Source: Lingula anatina (lineage: Eukaryota; Animalia; Brachiopoda). Taken from it: a stretch of DNA of 64,000 nucleotides. Location: contig CM120648.1 in NCBI GenBank assembly GCA_051362555.1, forward strand, positions 6,940,587-7,004,586, read 5' to 3'. The notes below the pieces were generated by a model. The model saw only the letters and a program-made list of their open reading frames with translations, was not told the DNA's origin and searched no databases. Positions 12,226-26,037 of this stretch are shown here, one piece after another. Every line of letters begins with the position of its first letter. Within the stretch, counting starts at the first letter, position 1. Made by a program: the position numbers and the translations under genes.

Positions 12226-15200
12226 GGGAAGGGATTTGAAAACAAGATTAACCTGAGGTCCACATCCAACTGCCTTCGTTTATCACATCACTCCCTCCCA
12301 TCCACACGGCGCTATGGGGAAGACCATGAAGTGTCCTTGAAAGAAATTCCATGACATCTCGGTCTTGGACCTCAGCTAATCCCTGGCCGTGGGTTTCACA
12401 GAAAGCCTTAGCGCCACGCCAGTCTTTTCCAGTGCTCACGACATGGTAACACGTGTTTCTGTGCGCGAAAACGTCTTGTTCGAGGTGATACATACAGTCA
12501 TTGTCTGGGAAACCTAGAAATAGATGTTCCTCATTAAAAAAAATACCATGCTCTGTTTTGGGGTGCCACATGATGTGATTAGTACAGGTTAGTTTTAGTC
12601 GGAGAAATTGGGTTGGTAAAGAACGGACTACGGTTTCTAGCGGACTTTATTTACTGTTACACCGGTACCATGTAGGCCTACCTCATTTTAATATTCCTGG
12701 AAAACCTTCTGCAAACGGTCATTTTGTGTCACATTTACTGAATTCGAATTACTGAGTGTGACTTCATGATTTGCTCAACATCCAACAAAGTAGGCCCTAC
12801 CTGTATACTTAAGCACTCGACCACACAATTCCTTCCCTGACAAAATTTCAAAAAGTAACTAATAGTGGGTGCTTTATCCATAAATGTTGCTTAAAATATT
12901 AACCTTAGATCATATGGTTATTTCATAATTATTCAAAATAACATCGCTTTCGAACTTTTTTGGTCGATTGTATATGTTGGAACTGTAGGGACTCATTTCC
13001 AATGCAATTACTGGTCTACGTACATCGATCCAACTCCTCGAGGACTCTAGCTGAATGCAATCAGTTTGACAGATAAACACGCCTCCTTTGTTTTCAACTT
13101 AATTACTTCTATAACCACCAGCTTTTCTGTATTCTACTCAACGCAAGGTGGAGTTGGATCGATCTATATAGAACGATAGTTTCAATGGGAATGGGCTCTG
13201 GGGCATAATGATTATGACATGCGCACTTATTGTAGTTTGCAATGGGCACTGCGGTTATTTTGGTTGCTGCGGCGGTTACTGGTAGCTGTGATTTAGAACT
13301 TTGTGGTTGATAACTGAAGCCGGCGACACGAGGCAACAACTTTATACCACACGACACGGGTACACCGCATTTGAAAGAGAAAGATAAAAAGTCATGGAAT
13401 TTTGTTTTTGTTGATTTGACTTTTTCTGCAGCATGTCCTTTGAGGTACATAAATGTGTACAAAATGTGCATTCAATTTAAATATTTGTGTTGAACAGTAA
13501 TTAATCAAAAGTGTAAATCAAAACGATGTATGTTCGAATATTTTTTAATTATTGCCGTTGGACAATTTCGGGCAAATTATTGTTTAACACGACCAGGCGT
13601 TTACAGTATTTTGGTCCTTTGCGGTTGGTACCTTGGCGGTATGTACAGTTGGCTTCAGTGGTAACTAAAATATTAATGTGTCCACCCCCCCCCCCTCCTC
13701 ACTTCCCCAAGAACCGTCTCCTAAGCCACTTAGTACGTGAATAACGGCACGTGTCGCGTCGTGTAGCTACACATTAAGGACGCGATAAGGGCAATACAAA
13801 GGCCCATTGGTCAAAGTGGTGGGCACATTATTGTACATTTTGGGTGCGTTCGACTTAGTTTTAAGAGGTGTACTAAGCACAAGGCGTCCCCCGAAGTGTT
13901 CGTTCACAGCAGGACACATGAGGAAGTCACTTGGTGTGTTTGGGTAAGAGCAAAGCGTTTCTTACTGAAATTTTACAGTCTCAGAGCATATTGATGGACC
14001 CTCCTGCCTCCCCCCCTTCCCCCCATCGAGTTTACGGCTGCACGTCCCTGAGCACACGCCCTGTGTGCGTGTTGTTTCCCAATTTTATCAGAAGAAGGAT
14101 GTTGAAATCTGATGCTTTTCAACCGGGCTGCAAATCCATCCATACAGTGTTTGTTTGCGATGACCTTTCAGGCCCGTAGCTTGGGGGTTCTTTTTCTGAA
14201 AAAAGTGGACCTTTTACATTGAAACCTTTGTGTACCTAGATCAAATTTTACCTAGAATGGTCCTTTTCTTGACAAAAGGGCAGTTCTTTCGAACGCCCCG
14301 ACCCCCCCCCCCCCCCCCCCCTTTTCCCCCGGCTACGGGCCTGCTTCTAAAATGAAATCTATGCCAAGAGACCTCCCGGAAAAGGACGGCCATTACCGGT
14401 AGAAAACAAATCACTCATAATAAAAAAGTAATTGTTCTACACGCAGCTTACTGCCCATGATTTTATCGTTCCATTTATGTAAGTTTGCTCGGAAATGATT
14501 CATTTTAGTGAAAAGACCTCCCTCGCACACTACATCCATTACTTGACACATAAATTAATTTAATGCTTTAATGGTTTACCTTTCTGCCAAACAAAGATGT
14601 TTGCAATCTTCTACCGGAAGTATCTGTGCATTCATCTAACAAAATAATACAAACTCTCGGGTGGATCTGAATGTTAATCCTATAAAATGTTTCTATTTTA
14701 AGATTAATCTGTTATTGATATGGTGTTGTATTTTGACAAATTAATATGAAAAATTTGTAACAAATCATGGCGCATCTCTTCTGGTCATGTGCATTAAAGC
14801 GATATCAAAACTGTGTGTACCCAAAAAACAATCGGTCTGTGCACGTTTTTCGGAGTGTTGACATTGTAAAGTCGAGCAACTCGGCTACAGAACGTGATGT
14901 GGTTCAGTAAAATCATCACAGCTTTAGAGCTACACGTACATGTAGGACATTTGATAAATGAAGCGCAAACCGCCAGAAATAAGTAATGGCGGAGGACAAC
15001 TAATAGATATAAATATCCCTTCACCGCAAACGTTATTAATGTATCCTTCCTTGCTTTAAAAATAAGTCATTTATCGCAGAAAATAACCACTTGACGTGAC
15101 TGCAGATGTTAAAGTGTGGTGTCAACGAGGCCCTACATGTGTTGGTTCGTATTCGTTTTCTTCATGGTGGTTAATCTGTAATAACTCTTAAATAATGGAT

Positions 15201-15695
15201 AAGTCAGAAATGTTGGCGGTGTTCAAATTGAAGCAGAGCACTCAGGAAGGATTTAGGTGTAAAGATATACGGTGAATTCGTAGGTTTTACTGCCTACATG
15301 CCAATGTTTTATACATAACTATAATTTAAGAACCGCAGCACAATGTTTCATCGGATATTTATTTCGCATTGAATCTCTTTTGAAATGTTTATAAATGTAC
15401 CATCAAAAACTTGCTAATTAAGGCAATGTGCTAATTTTGTGGTATACGCACAGCACATGAATAACAAATAATAACCCGATGGTTTTTAACGTTTTGAATT
15501 GTTCGAAACACATTTAAAACATCAAACCAATATTTAATATAAAACAACATTTAAACTGTTTAATACTATGCCTTTACCTGTAGCCTCTGGCAGTTGAAAA
15601 ATGATAAATATTCCAAAGACGAAAAAAGCGCTGGACACATAAGTAGGCTTTTCTGGATAATTATGCCTTGATCCCGGATAGAATTGAGTAAACAT
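9983..15695 (-). CDS. Lectin gene A: type I membrane C-type lectin receptor with a short stalk
   Basis: Exons: 15695-15578 (MFTQ...SAFFVFGIFIIFQLPEAT, signal-like); possible 36-nt exon 12836-12801; CTL-1 12513 (or 12504)-12253 (CYHVVSTGKDWRGAKAFC...VWMGGSDVINEGSWMW); CTL-2 11993-11829 (NWAQGQPE...EDC...WSDFPC...FICQY); stalk 11356-11198; TM 11045-10963 (GLIIGLTAAGMSLIAVVLGVSALIHSAK); tail 10542-10468 and 10225-9983 (stop). Phases are consistent. The 5' exons are less certain than the CTL exons. Confidence 0.8.
14169..14343. mobile_element. Small non-autonomous DNA element with CAGGCCCGTAGC terminal inverted repeats
   Basis: caggcccgtagc at 14169 and gctacgggcctg ending at 14343, with an internal poly-C tract. 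No clear TSD. Confidence 0.6.
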
Positions 15696-18091
15696 GGCGA
15701 CGGTCCATGTCGTACAAAAATGGAGAATATATTCTGAAAGAAATAATATATGATTTCATAAAGAAATACTCATCAGAGTAAACTCTATTCCTCGTAGACA
15801 TGAATAAAAAGAGTGACGAACGATTCTATACTCGGAGAAATGGGAGATGTATACTGAAGAAATGTGATGAATAATACTAATAAATGAAATAAATAATCAT
15901 AAATATTTGTGATAATCTAAAAAAAGAAAAATGTTAATTAACTGGATGTACCTTAACTTAAAACGACACTGCATTTTCACTATCGACGGGCGTCAGGGTT
16001 TTTAAAGCCATTTGCGCAAAACGCCGACTTTAAATTTGATTCACTGTATTGCTTTCAAACAATTTTGATCAGTAATATAGCGCTCACAATGGAATCTTTA
16101 CATATCGGTTATAGTTTTAATCATGTATGATACGATATTTTTCTCTTATTTCAAAATGGGACAGCTAGTGAGTCATGTTTCACAATTCTTAGAAAATCAT
16201 ATCAAGAAATATTATACCAACAAGATTAAAAAAAGCAACGAAAGGCGCTTTTAATCCTGAGGACCAAAATATTATTCGGCATTGTTGAATCTGGTTGTAA
16301 ATTTAATGTTCCATCAAGCGTTCCAGTATCATTAAGATGCCATCAGTTCGCCAACTCGCCCAGAAATATGACTTTAATGTGATTCTGCGTAAACATTTCA
16401 ATAACTTTAAACTTTGCTCGGGTTAATGGCTCATGGATATGTTGAATATTTTTACAAGTACGACAAAAATTACCCTCAGGGCGCAAGAGATGGGAGAAAC
16501 GCATTCCTCCCTCTCCCCTCCCCCCCCCTCTCTCTCTCTCTCTCTCTCCGCCAAATTCATAATATGATCTTATCTTCAAAAAATTTTAAAGACATGTACC
16601 AGAAGAAAATCATTTTTATGAAAATTAATAACTATAACTATTTCTACGCTTCAAGTTGTTTTTCTGTTTCCTTTATTAATTTACTTTTCGGGTTAAGTCA
16701 AGTAATGAATATGTACATTTTACAGCTTTAAACTAAAATCCAAATAGACCCACTGGCCACCGTCGGAATTTACCTATGAGCCCATACTTGGCTTTTTGTT
16801 ATGAAGTGTATTTGATAGGTAATCAATACCATTATATATTCGACAGAAATAGAAAAAAATTAGTCTTTTTCACTGCCTAAGCTGTGTACGTATATACATG
16901 TACAGGCAGCACCCGTTTTCCCATCTTTTTATTGTCCTCGATATATTTTAATATTAAGGACAATATTTTTAAAAAATCATATCGCTATGGCAATTGTGAG
17001 TTTTATACTTACCAGCTTCTGACCATAGATCCTTCACTTCTCTACTGAGTTACTCTTACTGACCATCCATCTTTTATCTTTTATTTCTGTCCAAGAGAGA
17101 TACTGAGCCAATGAAACGGTTAACATGAACTGATTCTCTCCAACGATTTTTTTTCTCTTTGTCGAGTCCTATCAGGTATTCCTCTGAAACTCTCAGAGAG
17201 GTAGACAAATATCCCAAAACGCCTCTGCATGAAATAAAATACGCTTCACAGTTCTGTTATATTTTGGGTAGTGCTCGAAGCAGCACACAGCTAGCAACAT
17301 TAAGGTCTAAGTCAACTCCCGAAGTCTTGTTTTTTTTTTCTTCCTTGGAAACACTCCCAGTTGTCCTTGCTGATTCCCACGAAACGTTTTCCGGGTTAAC
17401 CTCACACGGACAATTACAACATGTACATTGCATATGACCGGAACGGACACGTTTATGTTGTTATAGAATCCGGACGCACTAACCATCCCATGTAGTTTCC
17501 TGGACACGTAAATCAGTAGCTTCCTTGTGTTATGCCAGAAAAAAAGCCCCCCATCCATTCTTTGGAAGATAATAATTGGGAAAAAAAAACACATTTATCA
17601 ATCGCGAGACCTCGTGCTTTATATGTAGTAGAGGAGGTGGAAACGTCATGAAGGCGTTATAGGAGGGCCTATCCACTGCTTACTCTTGCTTTTCGTATCC
17701 TCAGAGCAGCTTTACCGGTAGTTACTAGGGGTGCATATACATGTAAAACCCACCCCTCTACCAGGATCACAGAAAGAATCTTTTCCGCTGGATATTAACA
17801 AATTCAAACTTTTCTCTGACTATTTCTCCATTTAAATAGTTCATACCACAGTCATAGAAAGGATTTTTTATTGCTGGATATAAGCAGATTTTTCTGACTA
17901 TTTCTCTATTTGAAAAAAAGGGGGAAAGAAAGAAAAAAGGAGAAAAAAGCTGACGTCATCAAGCAGCTGGTAGAGAGTAGGTGAGACCGGGTAACCACGC
18001 GACCATTGTGCGACCATTCACTCTCACCCATGAGCTATCAATCTATAACAATTAAAAGTGTCCCACAATATCATAAGTTCTGTGGTCCAGT

Positions 18092-18198
18092 CCCAGCAAA
18101 CACCGAACATTAGTATAACGTTACCATAACGTTTACATAACCAAAACACGTTACTGTAACGTTATGGTAACGTTATACAACGTTCTGTGTTTGCTGGG
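18092..18198. mobile_element. 107-bp palindromic MITE, CMC/EnSpm-like termini
   Basis: cccagcaaacac...gtgtttgctggg TIRs, internal inverted tataacgttaccataacg/cgttatggtaacgttata, 2-bp GT duplication on both sides. Confidence 0.75.
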
Positions 18199-19512
18199 GT
18201 TAAGATAACAAGAGTGTGCATGCCGAACGAGAAAACTTTTGAAAACAAAACAAAACAGAATTTTTTTAAAAAATTCTAACTTTATTTTGGTGATAATACT
18301 GTATCATATAAGGGTTATCAAAAGATCTAATAATTAGTATAAAATACATATATACAGTTGCATTCCAGTCCAGCTGTATGCAGAGGTCATCACCTGATTC
18401 AGTCACGTGTCACAACTAGCTATTGAGGTCAGAATGAGGTCATGTTATTATTTTAAGTAATAAAGAAATCATTTTCATTTTTTGTTTGTACATATCGCTG
18501 AGCGCACTAGAGCAAGCATCCCCTCCCTTCCCGGCAGTGGCGCCACGGTGTCAGAATGAGTAACCGAACATGCCACCTGCCGAGGCAAAGAGGTCGTGCG
18601 AGAGCTAAAATAAACTTATACAAGTAGACTAAGTGTCGTAGGCCTAACATTTCACGTTAATTAAAAGACATTGTCTAAGATTTTGTTGTCTTGTTAAGAT
18701 AATTATTGCACTGAGAAAAATGTCACTGCAATTATTGGCATCATGCAGTTTTCGTGTATCCATTGATATCAGGGGCTTCTAAAACAGTACAAAATATTTA
18801 AGTATAGGCGTTACAATAATTTTGTAACAGACTACTGAGTACTAGCGGACCCTGTCGTCAGAGAGTAGTTTTCCTGCACCTTCCAACTTTTGCCTCATTC
18901 CCTATCTTTCTTTCAGATAAATGCCCTATGCTTCATTCTCAATTATGTATTAGTTATTCGTTAATCTGCTCTGAGATTGATAAAAACATTTACATCAATA
19001 TTCCAAAGATTCTATTATTAAGTAGCAGCAATCTTATGTATCTGCAAACTTATTTTCTGCAAATGTGAGCATTCTTTAATCACTACAGCACATCAACCTC
19101 ATTTTTCAAAATTAATTCCTTTAGCTTTCAAGCATATTGCTTGCCTGTAAAACAACTGGTCTCCTCAATGTATGCTGACACTATTCGCATTTGGCAGCGC
19201 TAGCTGCATGTGCTAAGTTATAAGTACTTTGTTCATTCTTCATGTTGATAATATACACAAGTGTGTTCCATCCCATTTTAAGTTCCTTTAGCAACCTTTC
19301 CACTGAACTGAAAACAGCCCCACCATTGAGCATTCATTCTGCAATCAAAGCGATCCTTGTGTCTTCCTTGTGTGAAGGGGTTTTTACATTGTACCAGCAA
19401 TTTGATCACACCACGCTGGTCATACCATAATGACCATTGAGGACCTCCGATTGGTTCTTTCAAAAAAAAATTAGTAGTTAAGCCCCCCCCCCCCCCCCCC
19501 CCCCCAGCACAT

Positions 19513-21396
19513 CTAACCTATCACAATAGTCGTTACATATTCTTCTTTCAGGGGCTCCAGGGGTCCTATGTTACCATTAGCAACCGATACGTTCTCGTTT
19601 TCATATAATGGTTCTTGTATTCCGTCGGACAGCGTGGCATAGCCATCGTCTCCGTTATCAAAGTCGGTCCGTGTATTAAAGGCCACAGAGCAGGGCTTTC
19701 CTAAGGTTGTGGCGTATCTTGGTTCTGCAGATGGCGCAGGAGTAGCCAAAACGGGATCGTCAGGTGGCCCTGTTGTGGGGGACGTGGGAGTGTCCACGGG
19801 AGTGTCTGAATACATAGGGTTCTGGAATCCGACATTAGCATACCCGTTCATGTCGCTGTATCCCCCATTGTTCGTGCTCTCCGTGTCTTCGCTTTCACTT
19901 CTAAGTCGATCTTTTACATTTCTGTAATTGGAAAAATAATCGGAAATTATATATGTATTTTTTTTCTTTCTTTTGCAACGCCTCTCCAGTATTTAGGACC
20001 TACCCATGTAATTAAGAAAAACGATTATGTGTTTCATAGATCAGTTTTAGGCTAAACTAGATAACTTCCTGGCTAGAATACCATTAATGCCCGGATACAG
20101 GCCATTGAACTGGCTGGTATCGCACCATATAACACAGTGTAGTACACACGGGGCCACTAAAAGGTGGATTATGGTAACAAGTTGAACAAGAAACAAGTTC
20201 CAAATAAAGTAATTGCTAGTGGCTTTTGTACTAGGTACTGGTTGCTCACAATAACATGTTGCTGTGTCTTCAACTTTTTACAATTAAAATATACAAATAT
20301 AAAAAGATATACATGTACAATACTCATCCTTACTGCATTGAGTTACAGAAAGGCAAGCTTACCGTATTCGCCTTCTGTAGCACGTGTAAACAAGTACCGC
20401 TATTATGAACAAAATGAGGAAAGAGCCCAATGTTATCCCTATGTACATAACTGAAAAGAGAAACCAAAAATGAAAATCAAAACAAATCAAAACAAAAATC
20501 AAAATGCCCACTGTCATAATTGTTTCCAATGCTTCGTGATAAGAAGAACACCGCGATATTTGCATTATTTATTTATTTATAGAATTATTTTTTCTTCATG
20601 TTTCTCAATTTTCACTCGAATTTTACGTATACAAGGAGGAGGGCACCCACAGTCTAAATGCTCCAGCTGAAGCTAGAGCACACAATGTAACATAAAATGA
20701 TGGGCCAATGACTGCGGATTCAAATTTAAACTACCCTCGGAGCTACATCACTAATGTGGCCTTGTTTCCTAAAAGAGTTAAGGTATTTTAAGACAAAAAA
20801 TGAGATGAGCATCCATATACATGTACCAGTAGATCACCCAGCTAAAGGCTTCGTAGACTTGCTCAGAACATTTTTAACATTTTATTTTGAAGGGTAGGTG
20901 ATTGCTACATGGCTACACATGAAGTTTCCTGTTAGTTGGAATTTTGTACAAGTCTTCAAATATGGCCGACCCCCTTAGAAAATGCCGATTGAATCCCCCG
21001 ATGGTCTCCCCGCCTCCACACGTGCCGTCGCTGCAGGGTCCTGGCAATTAAAGCTCGGAGCCGAGATTTCATCCTTTAAATGGCTCGTGTTAGGGCGGAG
21101 AGACCATCAGGGGATAATGCAGCTTGCTATTAAGTGGGGTCTGCCATATTTACTCCGTGAATCTGTTAGTTCGGGGATCATCTGTTCTGAACGCTTCCTT
21201 ACTCGTTTCACTGCTGATCTGTCCTGACTCGCCCGTCTGCCCGGCATTGGCCCCTGCGCCACCTGCAATCAGAAGAACCAGGTATTATATCTACATTCTT
21301 AGTTGTACAATGTGCCTTATCATTCACTGTTCTTAGACATTGACCCAGGTGATAAAAAACGCAGGTGATCCACAGTTATTTGACTGGTCAGTCTCT

Positions 21397-21433
<37 letters not shown>

Positions 21434-24052
21434 ATTCAGTCTAATTCAGACACTACTGGTCTGCCAAAACTTCTTTTACTATTTCTACTACTTTCTGTTC
21501 AATTACTTCTTTACCTGGCTTTTCCCATTTCACTGTCGTTGAGGTAATAAATTTATCTTCTGATTTTGTGGTAGCACTTGTAGTAGGTGTTGTAGCAGTT
21601 TTAGTGGTGGTAGGTATTGTAGATGTGGAACGTGTAGTAGTTGTAGTTGTGATAGGCGTTGTAGTTGTGGTAGGTGTAGTTATTGTAGTAGGTGTAGTTG
21701 TAGTTGTGGTAGGTGTAGTTATTGTAGTAGGTGTAGTTGTAGTTGTGGTAGGTGTCTTAGTTGTAGTTATGGTAGGTGTAGTAGTTGTAGTTGTGGTAGG
21801 TGTAGTAGTTGTAGTTGTGGTAAGTGTAGTTGTGGTAGGTGTAGTAGTTGTAGTTGTGGTAGGTGTAGTTGTAGTAGGTGTAGTTGTAGTAGTTGGGGTA
21901 GTAGTTGTGGTAGGCATTGTAGTTGTAGCGGGTGTAGTTGTAGTTGTGGTAGGTGTCGTAGTAGTTGTGGTTGTGATAAACATTGTAGTTGTGGTAGGTG
22001 TAGTAGTAGTTGTAGTAGTTGTAGTTGTGGTAGGTGTAGTAGTAGTGGTAGGTGTAGTAATTGCAGTAGTGGTAGGTGTAGTAGTTGTAGTTGTGGTTGG
22101 TGTAGTAGTTGTAGTTGTAGTAGGTGTAATAGTAGTGGTGGTAGGTGTAGTAGTTGTAGTTGTGGTATGTGTAGTAGACGTAGTAGTGGTTGGTGTAGTA
22201 GTTGTGGTAGGTGTAGTAGTTGTAGTTGTGGTTGGTCTAGTAGTTGTAGTTGTGGTAGGTGTAGTAGGTGTGGTAGGTGTAGTAGTTGTAGTTGTGGTTG
22301 GTGTATTAGTTGTAGTTGCGGTAGGTGTTGTAGTGGTGGTAGGTGTAGTAGTTGTAGTAGTGGTTGGTGTAGTAGTTGTGGTAGGTTTAGTAGTTGTGGT
22401 AGGTGAAGTAGTTGTAGTTGTGGTTGGTCTAGTAGTTGTAGTTGTGGTAGGTGTAGTAGGTGTGGTAGGTGTAGTAGTTGTAGTTGTGGTTGGTGTAGTA
22501 GTTGGAGTTGTGGTAGGTGTAGTAGTTGTGGTAGGTGTAGTAGTTGTAGTTGTGGTTGGTGTAGTAGTTGTAGTTGTGGTAGGTGTAGTAGTTGTGGTTG
22601 GTGTAGTAGTTGTAGTTGTGGTTGGTGTAGTAGTTGTTGTTGTGGTAGGTGTAGTAGTTGTGGTAGGTGTAGTAGTTGTAGTAGTGGTTGGTGTAGTAGT
22701 TGTGGTAGGTGTAGTAGTTGTGGTAGGTGTAGTAGTTGTAGTTGTGGTTGGTCTAGTAGTTGTAGTTGTGGTAGGTGTAGTAGTTGTGGTTGGTGTAGTA
22801 GTTGTAGTTGTGGTTGGTGTAGTAGTTGTAGTTGTGGTAGGTGTAGTAGTTGTGGTTGGTGTAGTAGTTGTAGTTGTGGTTGGTGTAGTAGTTGTAGTTG
22901 TGGTAGGTGTAGTAGTTGTAGTAGTGGTTGGTGTAGTAGTAGTGGTAGGTGTAGTAGAAGTGGTTGATGTAGTTGTAGTGGTTGGTGTAGTAGTTGTAGT
23001 TGTGGTTGGTGTAGTAGTTGTGGTAGGTGTAGTAGTTGTAGTTGCGGTAGGTGTAGTAGTAGTGGTAGGTGTAGTAGTTGTGGTTGTGGTAGGTGTAGTA
23101 GTAGTGGTAGGTGTAGTAGTTGTAGTTGGTGGAGACATATCTGAAAAAAAAAAGAATCAATCTTTTACCTGATTTGTTTATGTTTATAATCCAAAATGAA
23201 TAACGTCATGTTAAGTCCTTTTATGTTATTCCAAAATTGCAAGATCACTCGCAATATTGAGCGTTTTAGCTTCAATTGAATAATGTGCAAGCTGTGTCAC
23301 AAACATGCACAACTAACACAATCCGTATTCTTTTTTAGTTTTTTGTGGAATTGGTGCAAGCCTATTGCAAGGGTTCATAATGGAAAAAAAAGGATCTATC
23401 TTAATTCAAGATTAAGTAGGACGCGAAAATACTTCCACAGAAATTTCGACTCATAACTTGAAGTACAGATTATAAAGAAGTTTCACTTAAAACAGACAAA
23501 CACACGCCAATGCACGTTATTCTGGTATGCATACTCACCATACATACAAATAAACTTGTAATGGTATTGGGCCGTGCTGCAGGGGTAACTCCCCCATCTC
23601 CAGTCGTTTTCCCTCCTCATAACGGCACAGTCCAGGTGATAGAACGGCCAGTAGTCATCGGGCTCGCCGCTGTTCCAATTTGTATAGGACATTGGCGCGC
23701 CTGGGAAATAAAAAAAGACAGATTGTCTAAGATAAAAAACGCAATATTTAAGACTGTGCAAAACAGAAAAAAAAATAGAACGAACTTCGACTTACTGCCA
23801 CCAACAGACAGGTTTATCCTAAGTGAAAAAACGAAATGAAAATATTTCAAATGTTTTAACGTGGTCAATGTCACGAGATAGTCTTATTCAAGACATCGTT
23901 CCTCTTTTTAACAGATAACTGTAATAGCAACAAACCAGGTTTGAAATAGCTAGCCGGTCACATTTGAGTGGTTTCATTGTGTCTTAGGTTGCATGGTGTC
24001 TGCTTTCAGATTTCGCAATATATGCAGTCATAATGCCTTGTACATTTGCACC

Positions 24053-24083
<31 letters not shown>

Positions 24084-25019
24084 CAGAGAGAGAGACGAAA
24101 TGCACCCAGTTTAAAATAAAGAAGCTTGAAGGGAAAAAGAAATAAGCAAAAAATCAATTGAAAGAAACAAAGTGATGAAAATGAACGAATAGAAACGGCG
24201 ATTCAATATATGTGTAGTCAATATCTGTTGATAGATAGATAAATAGATAGATAGATAGATAGATAGATAAGTGAATAAAACATCCTCCTACCTGAATCCC
24301 ACTGCCAGCTTCCTTCAACACTCCTATCGTGCGCTCCAATCCAGACGCCATTATTGGTCCAATGCACGCCCACGTTCAATCTGTTCTTAATAAACGCCAT
24401 GGTATTGTGGTCATATATCTCCAGCAGCCTCCCCCCGGCTCCCCCACAGTAGCTCTGGCCTTCCCCCCAGTATTTCTCCTCGTTCACAAACTGATAGCAC
24501 CTGTCTCCGTAGGTGAAGATAGTGTGAGACAGACCCTGGGGACATCGGTAAAGCTCACTGGCACCTGTAAAAAAATATATATATAATTATTCTCATTTCT
24601 TATATTACTTTTCATATTATTTTCGTAGTTTTGCATAGTATGCGTGGGACGTATTGGTTCTAAATGTAACACCCAAGGGTCTGGTTAAAAAAACAGCTTT
24701 GCTTGAAGTAATATGGTCTTGCACAGCGTCCAGTAAAGTTATGTCATCGTGGTTTCTGTAGTGGAAGTACAGGGTTTATTATCCTTTATGTATATGTAGG
24801 GTTAGATCACTTAGAGCTCAAGAGTCTACGTGGACAGACAGGACGATCAAAACAAAGTAAAGCTATAAAATTGCAATGAAAATAATAGCACATGTACAGG
24901 GTACTATCGGTTAATTTCAATATTTAAGTTAGCAACCCACCTGTTCTGTGAAGCAGGATCCCTAGCAGCGTTAGGAATAACCACACCATGTGTTCGGTAT
25001 ATGACAAATTCATCTTCAT
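19513..25019 (-). CDS. Lectin gene B: C-type lectin - very long Thr/Pro mucin stalk - TM - Tyr-motif cytoplasmic tail
   Basis: Exons: 25019-24941 (MKMNLSYTEHMVWLFLTLLGILLHRT, signal); 24564-24292 (CTL-1: YRCPQG...CYQFVNEEKYWGEGQSYC...VWIGAHD); 23700-23539 (CTL-2: NWNSGEPDDYWP...WGSYPC...FICMY); 23140-21515 (mucin, 542 codons); 21262-21203; TM 20450-20363 (MYIGITLGSFLILFIIAVLVYTCYRRRIR); 19921-19513 (tail with FQNPMY, YATL, YENE, EYVTT; stop). Confidence 0.92.
20958..21151. mobile_element. Imperfect ~190-bp palindromic element (MITE-like) in an intron of gene B
   Basis: Outer arms aaatatggccgaccccctta / taagtggggtctgccatattt and inner arms ccccgatggtctccccgcc / ggcggagagaccatcagggg are reverse complements. 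Confidence 0.6.
21600..23132 (-). repeat. Coding minisatellite: P(T)5/P(T)7 mucin repeats of gene B
   Basis: Mixed 18- and 24-nt units such as CCT ACC ACA ACT ACA ACT ACT ACA; almost pure Thr/Pro. Confidence 0.95.
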
Positions 25020-25103
25020 TCTCTCGATGGGGTTGTGCACCGGTCACCTTAAGCCTATGTAGCTGACTTCACTAACTAGTGTGACGTAGCGCTACTTCAC
25101 AGT

Positions 25104-25111
25104 GTATATAA
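25104..25111 (-). promoter_or_regulatory. Candidate TATA box of gene B
   Basis: TTATATAC on the minus strand about 85 nt upstream of the ATG at 25019. Similar TATATA tracts lie upstream of genes D (~52268) and E (~60401). Confidence 0.35.
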
Positions 25112-25988
25112 CCTAAGGAATCTCACAGGCCTCACAGCACCTGAACGCGGCACAACCATCTATATTTCTCTGTATACAAGTACAGCGTTAATATGAATGC
25201 TCTGGGTGAATGCGATACTCTTATATCTCACTTAATTATAGCCAGGGTTCGTTACACATTGAAGATTATGAAATTTATCATGGATTCCTCCTGGTTGCCG
25301 TGGGGTGTGATTTCAGTGCTGAAGTAAAATGCGATCCACGCTCTACATTGAAACGTCTATATGATACGTGTAATCACCTTTGCCTGGTGGATCAAGGACC
25401 TTTATCCAAGGTACGAAGTCTCCGAGAACTGGCTTCGTTTGACAAGAATGGCAGCGCCTGCTTTCATCTTCGCCGTAGCCGTGTCTCCAAAACGCCTCTG
25501 TTTCCCTTTCTAGATTAGAGACGCAGTACCGAACTCGCTAAAACGTGAGTCAGAAAAATTTCACATAGAAATTTTGAGCTCCATTGTCCAATTGTATAGT
25601 CATTATTGACTCTATCCCATGCCCCCGCCTACTCTACCTTGCAAAATACCCTAAATAAGCTTAACGATATCCTTGGGTACCCTTGCCTTTGTAAGGCCCC
25701 ATTCAAGCGACAGAGGTAAACCTTGTCACGTGAACAGAGACTATGTCACATTTGTATTGATTCACACAAAGGCTCTGGGGTAAGCCGTGGTGTTCAGTAA
25801 ACGCTCGTAAGCGCATTGTCCGCGTGACATTCTTTGGTTCATTGGACAAAGCCCGAATTACCTGGAGTGACGTGTTAACGTAGGGGAGATAGTAAGATAG
25901 GTCCTTCTCACATCGAGGGGTACGGTTTTATGTACCGCACCTGTTAAATTGGTCCGTACGTGTAATACAATGTAACTACGCCTTTGGT

Positions 25989-26037
<49 letters not shown>

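Noticed and set aside
16332-16732. Possible TTAA-flanked Kolobok/piggyBac-like element (similar hints near 26236 and 26592)
   Set aside because: Terminal inverted repeats are too weak to define boundaries by eye.
19020-19470. Coding-looking stretch downstream of gene B
   Set aside because: Stops in the frames examined and no recognisable motif; possibly a decayed transposon, but unsupported.
21568-23172. 534-aa poly-Val + strand ORF (likewise 28638-29891, 47993-48592 and 57592-57906)
   Set aside because: Antisense shadows of the Thr-rich mucin exons; the splice-supported frames are on the minus strand.
24484-24564. Apparent frameshift at the start of gene B CTL exon 1
   Set aside because: Recounting the G run across 24538-24541 gives CCC CAG GGT CTG; the 273-nt exon is open.
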